Below, piece by piece: positions 22,141 through 31,758 of a stretch of 64,000 bases of DNA (position 1 is the first letter of the stretch; every line of letters starts with the position of its first letter). Position numbers and translations under genes: made by a program. The DNA comes from an uncultured Acidobacteriota bacterium (GTDB lineage Bacteria; Acidobacteriota; UBA6911; RPQK01; JAPXNP01). The stretch covers positions 32,001 to 96,000 of the forward strand of contig CAVZRV010000029.1 in NCBI GenBank assembly GCA_963777605.1, read 5' to 3'. The notes beneath the pieces were generated by a model, which saw nothing but the letters and a program-made list of their open reading frames with translations, did no database searches and was not told the DNA's origin.

Positions 22141-22992
22141 TCAGCTGAGCAGTTTGACCATGTTCCGGTAGGAGATGGTGATCTCGTCCATTATGTCCTT
22201 GCCCTGGCGGGACTCATCCTGCTCCACGATGTACCAGTCCACACCGATTTCCTTCGCCTTCGCCACGACCCCTTTCAGGTCAATGACTCCTGTGCCGACC
22301 GGGGCGAGGTGCCGGTCAGTGGTCATGTCTTTCATGTGGAGCAGCTTGACCCGGTCTCCCCACTTTTCCAGGAAACCGACCGGGTCAACATTCGCGTTGT
22401 AAACCCAGGCGATGTCAACTTCGGCTTTGACCAGGTTCCTGTCCATTGCCGAGAAAAGAATGTCGTAAAGAGTCTTCCCGCCGATCTTCTCAAACTCGAA
22501 GGAGTGGTTGTGGTAGCAGAGCTGCATGCCGGCGTCCTTGACCTTGCGACCGATCTGGTTCATCTCGCCGGCAAAAGCCTCAATTTGCGCGGCCGTTCCC
22601 TTCCTGAGCTGGCCGGGCAACGACGGCACGACGATGTAGGGAGTTCCGATCTTCTTGTTGTAGGCGATGACTTCGGCGAGGTTGCTCTTGACGTTCTCAA
22701 AGCCCTCGTGAGTTCCACAAGGAGTCACTTTCAGGCGCTTTAGCAGCGTGGCCATCTGGTCGGCGTTAAGTCCGCCGTAGCCGGCAAATTCGAAATGGCG
22801 GTACCCGATCGCGGCGACCTTCTCCAGGGTGCCCGTAAAGTCCTTCGAGCTCAGGTTCCTGACAGTGTAGAGCTGGATCCCTATCGGCAGGCTGGAAGCC
22901 GACTGAGCGGCTGTCGAGAAGCGACCGAGTGTCAGAAGCGAACCAGCTGCCGTTAACGATCCAATGAAATTCCTTCGGGTCATGCCATTCAT
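22141..22992 (-). CDS. Tat-exported sugar phosphate isomerase/epimerase (xylose isomerase-like TIM barrel)
   Basis: TRRNFI Tat motif, GIQLYTVR, YHNHSFEF, LLHMKD, IVEQD. Confidence 0.9.
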   Translation of the reverse strand: MNGMTRRNFIGSLTAAGSLLTLGRFSTAAQSASSLPIGIQLYTVRNLSSKDFTGTLEKVAAIGYRHFEFAGYGGLNADQMATLLKRLKVTPCGTHEGFENVKSNLAEVIAYNKKIGTPYIVVPSLPGQLRKGTAAQIEAFAGEMNQIGRKVKDAGMQLCYHNHSFEFEKIGGKTLYDILFSAMDRNLVKAEVDIAWVYNANVDPVGFLEKWGDRVKLLHMKDMTTDRHLAPVGTGVIDLKGVVAKAKEIGVDWYIVEQDESRQGKDIMDEITISYRNMVKLLS

Positions 22993-23103
22993 AATTTCCT
23001 CCTGGAGGTCGAGTCTCCCGCTCCTGATCTGGCGAATATCCGCCTGAGAGGGATAATCCCATATGTCGCTGAGGTTAAGCTGCGTAGGGTGTGTCGTCAA
23101 GCC

Positions 23104-23135
23104 TTGACTTAGTCTCTATTTAGAATTAGTCTAAG
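23104..23135 (+). promoter_or_regulatory. promoter with overlapping ICE/Per-box-like operator
   Basis: TTGACT 23104-23109, 17 nt, TAGTCT 23127-23132; TTTAGAA-TTA-GTCTAAG 23119-23135. Confidence 0.65.
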
Positions 23136-23143
23136 ATGCAACC

Positions 23144-23542
23144 GTGGAATCACTGCTACACCGACTGCGCGATTTCGGCATTCAGGCGACGCCCCAGCGG
23201 CTGGCTGTGGCAGAGTTTGTACTCTTTACCGACCGCCATCCCTCTGCGGACGAGGTGTGGGAGGAAGTACGGCGCAACTGTCCCACCTTGTCTCGAGCCA
23301 CGGTCTACAATACCCTCAACCTTTTTGTAGACAAAGGTCTTCTCAAGAGCCAGCTGCTTCGGGGAGGGACCCTGGTTTTTGATCCGCACGTCGAGGCTCA
23401 CCATCACTTTATTGATGAGGAGACCGGTGAAGTTTTCGACGTACCTTGGGGCGCGCTGCGAGTCGACGGGGAAATGGACCTGGGGGACTACGAGGTTCGT
23501 GAATTACAGGTCGTCATGAGGGGCAAAAAGAGAAGGCCCTGA
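23144..23542 (+). CDS. Fur family regulator, Irr/PerR-like
   Basis: ATPQRLAV, HPSADEV, LSRATVYNTLNLF, FDPHVEAHHHFID; no CxxC motifs. Confidence 0.88.
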   Translation: MESLLHRLRDFGIQATPQRLAVAEFVLFTDRHPSADEVWEEVRRNCPTLSRATVYNTLNLFVDKGLLKSQLLRGGTLVFDPHVEAHHHFIDEETGEVFDVPWGALRVDGEMDLGDYEVRELQVVMRGKKRRP

Positions 23543-23572
23543 TTCCGCGGCTCTCAGTGCGATCGTGGAGAC

Positions 23573-23759
23573 CCCGCATTCGGTACGCGAGAGAACCCAT
23601 TAGGCGCCCCCGAGTCAAGGGCGAGTGCGACTGCCGACATTCGCATGTCACCAGAAGTAATGCCGGAGGTCGGAACCGTCCGGTCGGAGACAAGATCCGA
23701 GACGGGCAATCGATGAAGATCTGGAGGCGCACTCGTTTCTCTCGCGTACCGAATGCGGG
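23573..23759. repeat. MITE-like / long hairpin element with perfect 23-bp terminal inverted repeats
   Basis: CCCGCATTCGGTACGCGAGAGAA 23573-23595 and its exact reverse complement 23737-23759. Confidence 0.7.
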
Positions 23760-23786
23760 TGAATCGCGATTCCGGGTTGGGACTTG

Positions 23787-24865
23787 AGTTTCACTCTTTG
23801 AATAATCCGGCCCTGGCCGGGGCGCGACTGAACTTGAAACTCATCTGGGATGAGTTGAAGAACACTGGGACGAATTGAAACGTGGAATGGCACGGAGACT
23901 GAGGCGACGGTGGGGAGCCAGGGACGCAAGCCGGCTGGCCCCGGGTTCGCTGGACCCGGTGCCAGACGTCGATGAGTGATGATCACGGGATCGGCGCCGG
24001 GCTGGCCCCTGAAGGGGGCCTGAAATTTCCAGCCCAGGTGATTTCCTGGTATACTGGTTTCCCGTTAGAATCCAGCCCTGAAAGGGCGGCACAGGCATCT
24101 CCGGACGTGAAGAATCGGCGCGACCTTACAGGCCGCGATCGCCTTGCCGGGACCGCAGACCAAGTGCAAGCCTTGCTCAATCCAGGATTCTTGATTTCCG
24201 GGTTTTTCTGAAACCGTCCGCCGCCGGGACTGAATCGCACTTTCAGTGCTGCATTGCCGTCTTGGCTCCTGATTCCCGGGCGTTGCCGCCGGGCTGGAAA
24301 TGACCCTGCGCCGTTGGCGCGCTCAATCTGGCGATGCTCCACCAGTTTCACTATCGAATGGTCCGGCGGCGCCGGGGGCGGGGCTGACCTGACCGAAAAT
24401 TCAATTTGGGATGAGTTGAAGAACCTGGACGAATTGGATGCGTCTGGACGGAGATTGAGGCGATCGGTGGAGAGCCAGGGACGATGATTATCGGCTGGAT
24501 CCTGGTTTCCTGGTCCGGTGCCAGACGTGGATGAGTGAGGATCACAGGATCGGCGCCGGGCTGGGCCCCTGAAGGGGGCATCCCTGCCTGATATGGCGGC
24601 CAGGCAGCTTGCCCGGCGGCAAGTGAACCTTCTCAATCAAGAGTTCTAGATTTAACGGGTTCGTCTGCAGCTCGTCCGCCGCCGGGACTGAATCGGCGCG
24701 ACCTTTCAGTGCTGCGATCGCCGTCTTGGCTCCAGATCCCGGGGCGTTGCCGCCGGGCTGGAAATGACCATGGCGCCGTTGGCGCAGCTCATCTGGCGAT
24801 GCTTCACCAGTTTCACTCTTTGAATGATCCGCGGAGGGCGCGGCGGCCGCGCTGACTAGAAACTT
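23787..24865. repeat. degenerate tandem REP/REPIN-like repeat (unit about 465-560 bp)
   Basis: AGTTTCACT anchor at 23787, 24344 and 24809; shared blocks GGGATGAGTTGAAGAAC, GGTGCCAGACGT, GATCGGCGCCGGGCTGG, GGGACTGAATCG, GGGCGTTGCCGCCGGGCTGGAAATGACC. Confidence 0.8.
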
Positions 24866-25013
24866 CTTTCTCCTCGCCGTCACTCTGCGGTGCGTTGAAA
24901 TGTCACAGTGGCCCTGATAATGCAATTCTGTCACACTTCAGAAGTCATCCAGATTTTCGAAATTAGAGCTAGAAAATGTTTAAAATCAGTGTCTTATTTG
25001 ATGTTTTGAGTTT

Positions 25014-25029
25014 TGGAACAGGGCTTGCA
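25014..25029 (+). promoter_or_regulatory. sigma54 (-24/-12) promoter upstream of the BON gene
   Basis: TGGAAC-AGGGC-TTGCA with GG-N10-GC spacing, preceded by an AT-rich tract. Confidence 0.6.
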
Positions 25030-25235
25030 TTTCATATCAAACGACCCTTCGTGACAGAATTCGCTACCGGGATTACGGAGTCTTTTGGATAGCCCGGAGT
25101 CTCAGCGTTCTGTTAGCGTTTTGAAGTGGTTGCAGTCGAAAGTGCCTGGAAAAGCACTCTGGCGGCTTTTGAGAGAAATTGACCGGTTGACCGGCAAGTT
25201 CGGTCGGCCTTGAAAGAACGATAGGAGATGGAGTA

Positions 25236-25778
25236 ATGAGACACAAAATTCAATTGATCAGCTTGGTGCTGTTCCTGGCCCTCTCGCCGCTGGCGATGGC
25301 CAAGAGCGAGGTAAGTCCAAATGCGGAAACTCTGACGCCGTTGCAGAATCGGGTTCGTCACGAGTTGGTGACGTTGCCGTACTACAGCGTCTTCGACAAC
25401 CTCGAATATCAGATTGTCGGAACGAAGGTAATCCTGTCCGGCGAGGTGGTTCGTCCGACGCTCAAGCAGGAAGCAGAAAACGCCGTCAAGCGCGTCAGCG
25501 ATATCCAGTCCGTAGAGAACAACATCGAAGTCCTGCCGCTGTCACCTTCAGATGATGCCATTCGCCGGGCTACCTTCCGCGCTATTTACGGGAACCCAAG
25601 CTTCACCAGGTACGCCATTATGGCCGTGCCACCTATCCACATCATCGTGAAGAACGGCAATGTGACCTTAGTGGGTGTCGTTTCGAATCAGGGCGACAAG
25701 AACATCGCCAATATCAGTGCCAACTCAGTTCCTGGTGTTTTCTCGGTTCAAAATGAACTTCGTGTAGTGCCCGAGTGA
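25236..25778 (+). CDS. periplasmic double BON domain protein (OsmY-like)
   Basis: signal peptide; LSGEVVRP..VENNIEV and IIVKNGNVTLVGVV..GVFSVQNELRV. Confidence 0.9.
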   Translation: MRHKIQLISLVLFLALSPLAMAKSEVSPNAETLTPLQNRVRHELVTLPYYSVFDNLEYQIVGTKVILSGEVVRPTLKQEAENAVKRVSDIQSVENNIEVLPLSPSDDAIRRATFRAIYGNPSFTRYAIMAVPPIHIIVKNGNVTLVGVVSNQGDKNIANISANSVPGVFSVQNELRVVPE

Positions 25779-25820
25779 AAGCTCACTTCAGTGGATGTTA
25801 AATCGGCTTGATTTGAAACC

Positions 25821-25860
25821 AGCGCCAGGAGTCCCTCGCGAGGGACTCCTGGCGCTTTTC
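25821..25860. terminator. intrinsic terminator between convergent BON and VWA genes
   Basis: perfect 36-bp palindrome AGCGCCAGGAGTCCCTCGCGAGGGACTCCTGGCGCT followed by TTT. Confidence 0.8.
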
Positions 25861-25861
25861 C

Positions 25862-28003
25862 TTATTCTGACGCCAGGCGAGGAAGCAGCGTGAAGGTGTC
25901 TTCCACGTGAGCGGTCTCGCGATCCTGAAAATTCGGCAGAAGAGCGAAGACCTGGTAATCGCCCGGATCGAGTGAAGCCGTCTCGATGTAGGCGGCGAAG
26001 TGAATCACCTTCTTGTCTTGAGACACGATCGCCTGACCTCCGGCCCTGACTCCCGGAACGGGAGAATCATCCCGAAGAAGTCCCATCTGCATGCCGCCGG
26101 CAGCGGCGGTGCAGTCCGCCTCGGTCGGGTTGTAGAGATCGTAGAGAACGAACACCACGTCTCCCTGGCGGAATTCGCTTCCCGGTTCCGGTATGTAGGT
26201 CAGGTTGCCGGCCTCGAGCAGGCCGGCTTCGGGATCACTTTCTCGTGCCGGGTCAATCCGCTCTACCCTCCGCGTCAGCAGCAGTGAACCGGGCGTGGAT
26301 GGCTTCCTGAAATCGGGGACATCGAGAGCCTCTTCCAGTGTCCCCAGGTCTCCCGACTCGAGATTCTGCAAAACAATCTGCCAGCGATAGGGTCCGGGAG
26401 CCAGCTTCTGGGAGCCGTTGACGGAAACCCGCGCGGTCTCGTCGCGACGGGCCGATTCCAGGTCTCGGCGTGTGAGCTGGTACATAGCGCGGCTCTCGTC
26501 GTAGGTAGGCATTTGGGTCAGGCCCGTGGGACTGATTCGAGTGAGCGCCGCCATCTCGAGCTTGACGTCCTTCAACTTCTCCGGGTTCCCGGCGAAGTTC
26601 AACGGGTGGACTCCGACGCTACTGACCAGAACGGCATCGTGTTCCGGGTCGGCAAAAAAGTCGAGTCTTCCGGTGAGGACGAACTGCTGGGAGGAACCTC
26701 CCAGCAGCGCGCGGTAGAGCGCGACCTCCCGTTCCTGTTTCGATTCGTGGCCGGCTTCCTGCGGTTCGTAGTAGCCCTTGACCGTTTCTACGCGGGCACC
26801 TGAGACGGATACGGCAACGTTGATCTTCTTGAACTTGCCGCGGTTTCCGCGCTCCTTTGGGTAGTAGTCGAGGACGTAGTAGTCCTGGGCGTCTTCCACG
26901 ACTTCGTCCAGAATCGCCCCCATGTCGTTGATGTTCTCAATCGCTTTTCCGCCCGTTCCACCGGCGAGCGATGCGAGCCCGGACTGGTATTCGACGGTGC
27001 GCATCTGGTCGGCCAGGACACCCCCGCGCTGGTGGCGCCGGGTCGAAGCGCCGGTCCAGGGGAGGGCTGAGCGGGGGGAATCGACGTCGATTCCCGTGTC
27101 GAGGCCCTTGGGATCCATCGTGTAGAAGCTGACCCGGTGGTTGACGGCGAGCGAGGTGACTTCGTCCATGAGCGTTGCCGTGTCCTTGTCGACGGGCAGC
27201 CCGGGCCGAAACAGGACAACAATCTTCTTACCCGGAAGCAGGGAGACTTTCTCAATCATCTCCTTGTAACGAAACAGGGCCATCCGTCCAAAAAGCGGAA
27301 GCTGACGGTCGATTCGTTCCACGGAAAAGTAATTCATCTGATCGATCCGCCCGGGAATCAAGGGTTCGTACCCGAATCCCGACATCAAGGTCAGCTGCCC
27401 CTGCTCACTTTGGATTTCTTCGGCGATCCGTCTCTCCAACTCCATGTCGGACATCTGGGTGACGGAGCTTTCGACTACCGGTTTCATCGCCCCTTCACCA
27501 TAGGGACTCTTGCTCATGCGCTCGAGGATGGCTTCGAGGACTTCTCTGCTTCCCGTAAAGGGCATGCCTGCCAGCGAGATTCGAAAGCCGGGCTGGAGCT
27601 GTTCTTCCACAAAGGATCGCAGGGAGGGGAATGCTCGAACGAACTCGGATGCATTGCCGAACTCGCACGCGATGTAAATCCAGGTCGGCTCGGGAATGGA
27701 GACCTCTGCCTGCTCATCGGCGGCTACTGTGGCGGGGCCAGACTCCGCACTTCCAGGTGAGAGCTGTTTGAGTGCTGAAACATATCGGGCACCCCGCACC
27801 TCCTGGATTACCCCGTCCTCCTTGACTTGGAAATCCCCCGGGGTCAACCCCACGATCGGTTTCCCGTCGTGGTCGGTCACCCTGACTTCAATCTGAACGA
27901 GACGTACTTCAACGTACTCGGGATCAACTTCCTGGGAAGGAAGAGCTTCCTGGGAGGGTACGAGAGTGGTTCCAAGCAGTCCGAACAAGAGCCAGGTCGG
28001 CAT
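25862..28003 (-). CDS. Acidobacteria-type VWA domain exported protein
   Basis: VRLVQIEVRVTDHDGKPIVGLTPGDFQVKEDG, LAGGTGG, YYVLDYYP. Confidence 0.85.
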   Translation of the reverse strand: MPTWLLFGLLGTTLVPSQEALPSQEVDPEYVEVRLVQIEVRVTDHDGKPIVGLTPGDFQVKEDGVIQEVRGARYVSALKQLSPGSAESGPATVAADEQAEVSIPEPTWIYIACEFGNASEFVRAFPSLRSFVEEQLQPGFRISLAGMPFTGSREVLEAILERMSKSPYGEGAMKPVVESSVTQMSDMELERRIAEEIQSEQGQLTLMSGFGYEPLIPGRIDQMNYFSVERIDRQLPLFGRMALFRYKEMIEKVSLLPGKKIVVLFRPGLPVDKDTATLMDEVTSLAVNHRVSFYTMDPKGLDTGIDVDSPRSALPWTGASTRRHQRGGVLADQMRTVEYQSGLASLAGGTGGKAIENINDMGAILDEVVEDAQDYYVLDYYPKERGNRGKFKKINVAVSVSGARVETVKGYYEPQEAGHESKQEREVALYRALLGGSSQQFVLTGRLDFFADPEHDAVLVSSVGVHPLNFAGNPEKLKDVKLEMAALTRISPTGLTQMPTYDESRAMYQLTRRDLESARRDETARVSVNGSQKLAPGPYRWQIVLQNLESGDLGTLEEALDVPDFRKPSTPGSLLLTRRVERIDPARESDPEAGLLEAGNLTYIPEPGSEFRQGDVVFVLYDLYNPTEADCTAAAGGMQMGLLRDDSPVPGVRAGGQAIVSQDKKVIHFAAYIETASLDPGDYQVFALLPNFQDRETAHVEDTFTLLPRLASE

Positions 28004-28275
28004 TCTTCTACCTCACTTCAGATGGAACTGGTATCAGGTCGCGCAGACAGCGGGTCACACTGCGCAGAACCTGTTACACGCCCATTCTAGACAAAGCCGA
28101 TGGAAAAGGCTTGAAGGATTACTCCGAACGTACTCTCGCCCTCAGCAGGGCCTTCGGGCAGGGTGGCACGACCACGGGACCGAAGCACTCCACCTTGTTG
28201 ACCCTTTTTGGTGTGCCGGATTGGGCTCGGTGCGCTATTCTGGGTTGGATGCGGCATCGGATGATTCCGCCCGGC

Positions 28276-29496
28276 CTAAGGCGTCTCGGGCTCGTTCTCG
28301 ACGCCAGCGGGAAAGCTCGCCAAACCCGCCGTGGTCCACTGGGCGAGCTGCTGTTCGAGTTGAGTACGTTGGGTTTCGGAGATCCGCTCGGCCGGCATGA
28401 TCTTCAGGTAGAGACTGAGGGCTTCGGCAGCGGACTGGATCTGTCCCCGATGTGCGTGCATCACTCCAAGTGGGAGCAGTCCGAAGGGATACTCATCCCG
28501 AAATCCCAGTTCGTAGAGGCTGGTCAGGGACCGAACGCCCTGTTCGAAATCACCGAGGTAATAGCCGGCGAGGCCGTGCCAGTAAAGCGCGGGAGCGAAC
28601 CCTGAATCGAGCGCAATCACTTTTCCGGACCACTCGGCAGTTTCCTTCCAGTCGCTGCGCTGAACGGCCATCTGGGCGAGGCCCATATAGGGCTGGACGA
28701 ACTTTGGTTCTGCCTCGATCGCTTTCAGGAATGAAGCCCTGGCCTTTTCGGAGTCGCCACGACTCATCTGAACGCGGGCCAACAGATCCCAGGCGGCGGA
28801 AAACTCGGGGTACTTATCGACCGCCTTCAGGAGTTCTTTTGAAGCCTTCTCGGTGTTCGGCTTTTCCTCTGCAAGCTCTTCATTCGCTTTCCTGAATGCC
28901 TTGCGAGCATCATCGGGAGCAGAAAGAGTTCTGAGGCTGACCGTGGTGGCTTCCGCGTCGCTCAGCTTTCTAACAATGATTCTGCCGATATCAGGGTTAT
29001 CGAATGAACTGCGGGTTCGAAGCGAAATCCGGTTGGATGCAAAGCCGGGGATCGGAGCGGCACGAACTTCGCAGCCCATCAGAGTAGTGCGGCCCTGTCC
29101 CATTGACGGGACTTCGTCGGCCTTGGCCGGGCCGGTTGCAGAGGCTACCTTGGTGGAACTCTCGACGGATCCATTTGCGCTGCCTCCCATGCCGGGATCC
29201 ATCCAGTCCTCAGTCCTGGGGGAACCGACCTCCAGAAAGAAGCTCCCGTCGGTTGTTGTGAGTGTCTGCTGTGTGATTCGGCCGTTGCAGACCAGGTCGA
29301 CTTGAACCAGGTTCTTGAGGTGACTCCCATCCGCCATCACGACCTGGCCGCTCAACACCACCGGTGCCGTTGCTGGAAATCTTCGGTGATGTGTGTTCTC
29401 GGGCGAACTCTGGCTTGACCACGCCTGGCCCATGAGCGGGGCGGCGTCCAGCAGTGCGACAACAGCCAACAGGAGCGTGGCTGCCCTAATCGACAT
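28276..29496 (-). CDS. exported tetratricopeptide repeat protein
   Basis: signal peptide, SGQVVMADG beta domain, TPR-like helices (KAVDKYPEFSAAWDLL, KAIEAEPKFVQPY). Confidence 0.82.
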   Translation of the reverse strand: MSIRAATLLLAVVALLDAAPLMGQAWSSQSSPENTHHRRFPATAPVVLSGQVVMADGSHLKNLVQVDLVCNGRITQQTLTTTDGSFFLEVGSPRTEDWMDPGMGGSANGSVESSTKVASATGPAKADEVPSMGQGRTTLMGCEVRAAPIPGFASNRISLRTRSSFDNPDIGRIIVRKLSDAEATTVSLRTLSAPDDARKAFRKANEELAEEKPNTEKASKELLKAVDKYPEFSAAWDLLARVQMSRGDSEKARASFLKAIEAEPKFVQPYMGLAQMAVQRSDWKETAEWSGKVIALDSGFAPALYWHGLAGYYLGDFEQGVRSLTSLYELGFRDEYPFGLLPLGVMHAHRGQIQSAAEALSLYLKIMPAERISETQRTQLEQQLAQWTTAGLASFPAGVENEPETP

Positions 29497-29645
29497 CGGT
29501 GTTGACTCCTTCTTGCGAGACTCGCGCGTTGACACTCCCGCTCTGCAAACCCCGAAGTGAACAACCGTCCAACCATCTTATCCCGCAGACATCGTCAGAT
29601 CAATGCTCGTTTAGCTGAAGCCGGTCCGTCAGTCTTTCGGAAGTG

Positions 29646-31466
29646 TTACTCCCATTCGATGGTGCCCGGCGGCTTCGAAGTCAGATCGACGGCAACGGCG
29701 GAAATCCCCGGCAATGCGGAAATTGACTCGTTGAGCTCGTTCAAGAGTACATTGGGAAGGCGAGCCGCAGAAGCAGTCATCGCGCGCTCGGAATGAACCG
29801 GGCGAATAATGCAGAGTTCGCTTCCCCGATTGCCGATTCGAACCGGGGCGAGTACAGTGGGGCACTGCCAGATACGGTGGTAAATTCCATATTGGCTCAG
29901 GCCGTTCATCACGATGTCGTCGGCCTCCCGCAGCAAGTCGAGCCGTTCCCGGGTAACCGTCGCGGGCAAGGTGTCGATATCGCGGGAGATTGTGGCTCCG
30001 AGGCTCCAGATGCAGCGGTTTATCCCCGAGACCTCTTTCAGGATCGAACCGGCCGCCTCGATCATTCGGTCCCAGGTGCTGTGACCGCTCAGTATCACCG
30101 GGTGTTCGTAGGCGCGCAGGTCGGCCTTGACCCCTACCGAGCGAATCGGCAGGATTCGCCCGTCAACCCGAAATTTCGAGGCGATCTTCGCTACCTGCTC
30201 GATGGCCTGGGGAGTGGCACCGTCGGCCTCGTCACCTCGGGAACAGAGGAGGCGGACTCCAAGACCCGGACCTGGGAACGGGTGCCGCCAGATCAGGTCG
30301 TGGGGGACTCCCAGCCGTTCGCCCAGTTCCCGTACCTCGACCTTGTAAAGGTCAACCAGCGGTTCAACTACCCGGCCCTCGGCAATCATCCGGTTGATCA
30401 CGGGAACCCGATTGTGATGAGTCTTGATCACATCGGACCTCCTGGTTCCACCGGTTTCGATGGTGTCCGGGTAAATCGTGCCCTGGCCGAACAGGTAACG
30501 CTCGATCCCCAACCGCTTCGCCTCCCGGTTGAAAACCTCGACGAAGGTATTCCCGATGATTTCCCGTTTCTTCTCGGGGGCCACCTCTCCCTCCAGAGCA
30601 CGGAGAAAGTCGACGCTCGCGTCAACAAAATGGAGGTGGCTGTCCAGCCCCAGTTCTCGGAACATTTCGATTACCTGACTGCTCTCGTTCTTTCGCATGA
30701 GGCCGTTGTCGATGTGGAGAAGACGGACCCGATCCGGTCCCAGGGCGTTGGCGAAGAGCTTCGCGGCAACCGTGGAATCAACGCCGCCCGAAGCCAGCAA
30801 GAAGACCGAGTTGTCACCGACGTCCTTCTGAATCCGCCGGGTGACTTCGTCGGCGTACGCGCCCATCGACCAGGTTGGACGGCAGCCACAGATGTTCCGG
30901 GCGAAATTGGCGATCATCTCGTCGCCGTTAATGGTGTCATCGACTTCGGCGTGGAACTGGAATCCGTAACGGCGTAGCTTGTCCGAGCCGATGGCCGCGT
31001 AACGGTGAACGGGGCCGCCGTCGGCGAGTTGCGTGTAGCCCAATTCTTCGAAGTCGGGCCCCAGCGATGAAACCGAGTCGAAGTGACTCATCCAGACTTG
31101 TTCAGTCGGCCCGAGTCCTTCGAAGAGCGGGTGGCCTCTCGAGAGATGCATCCGGGCGCAGCCCCATTCGCGGCCACCGTGAACGACCGTCCCCCCGTAG
31201 TGTTTCGCCATTTCCTGGTGGCCGAAGCAGAGCCCGAGAATCGGGATGTCGAGATCGTAAATCTCCTTGTTGTAGTCCGAGTCCTCGCCCTGCGAGGAGA
31301 GTGCGGGACTGCCCGAGATGATCACTCCCTTGTAGCGGCGGAAAACTTCGGTGGGGTCTTCCGGTTGGCGGATTTCGGCGAAAATCTGCTGGCGCCGGAC
31401 TTTCGTGGCGATGAGATGGGCGTACTGGCCGCCAAAATCGATAACAGCTATCGCGTCATGTTTCAT
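29646..31466 (-). CDS. guaA: GMP synthase (glutamine-hydrolysing)
   Basis: IDFGGQYAHLI, GLCFGHQ, QFHAE, SGGVDS, QGTIYPD, IKTHHN, RHPFPGPGLGVR, KPPGTIEWE. Confidence 0.96.
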   Translation of the reverse strand: MKHDAIAVIDFGGQYAHLIATKVRRQQIFAEIRQPEDPTEVFRRYKGVIISGSPALSSQGEDSDYNKEIYDLDIPILGLCFGHQEMAKHYGGTVVHGGREWGCARMHLSRGHPLFEGLGPTEQVWMSHFDSVSSLGPDFEELGYTQLADGGPVHRYAAIGSDKLRRYGFQFHAEVDDTINGDEMIANFARNICGCRPTWSMGAYADEVTRRIQKDVGDNSVFLLASGGVDSTVAAKLFANALGPDRVRLLHIDNGLMRKNESSQVIEMFRELGLDSHLHFVDASVDFLRALEGEVAPEKKREIIGNTFVEVFNREAKRLGIERYLFGQGTIYPDTIETGGTRRSDVIKTHHNRVPVINRMIAEGRVVEPLVDLYKVEVRELGERLGVPHDLIWRHPFPGPGLGVRLLCSRGDEADGATPQAIEQVAKIASKFRVDGRILPIRSVGVKADLRAYEHPVILSGHSTWDRMIEAAGSILKEVSGINRCIWSLGATISRDIDTLPATVTRERLDLLREADDIVMNGLSQYGIYHRIWQCPTVLAPVRIGNRGSELCIIRPVHSERAMTASAARLPNVLLNELNESISALPGISAVAVDLTSKPPGTIEWE

Positions 31467-31758
31467 ATTGTTAAGTCTTCAACGGGCCGGCGGTGCCTCC
31501 ACCGGGCGCTTTTCTTTCGTTTCTTCCGGCCACATTCTCTCGCTTTTGAGCCCGGCTCTCCAGTGAAACGGAAGGTCCGCCCGAAACGTATTAATAATGT
31601 TTGCATCTGAGATGAGGGTCCGATCTGCGATGAAAGTGTGCGGCCGCCATCCACGTTCAGGGCTTCAGTCGAGCAAAACTATCCTTATCGGTGCGGGCTC
31701 GCAATTTCTTTGTAACATCCCACAGGGGTCGCGGCGTTACATTGCTTGAGGAATAAGT

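Noticed and set aside
23787-24865. CRISPR array or protein-coding ORFs in the repeat region
   Set aside because: No identical short repeats with unique equal-length spacers, no cas genes, and frames are not preserved between copies.
31467-31650. Purine riboswitch upstream of guaA
   Set aside because: Core purine aptamer motifs not seen; the hairpin plus T-run near 31490-31520 is on the opposite strand.
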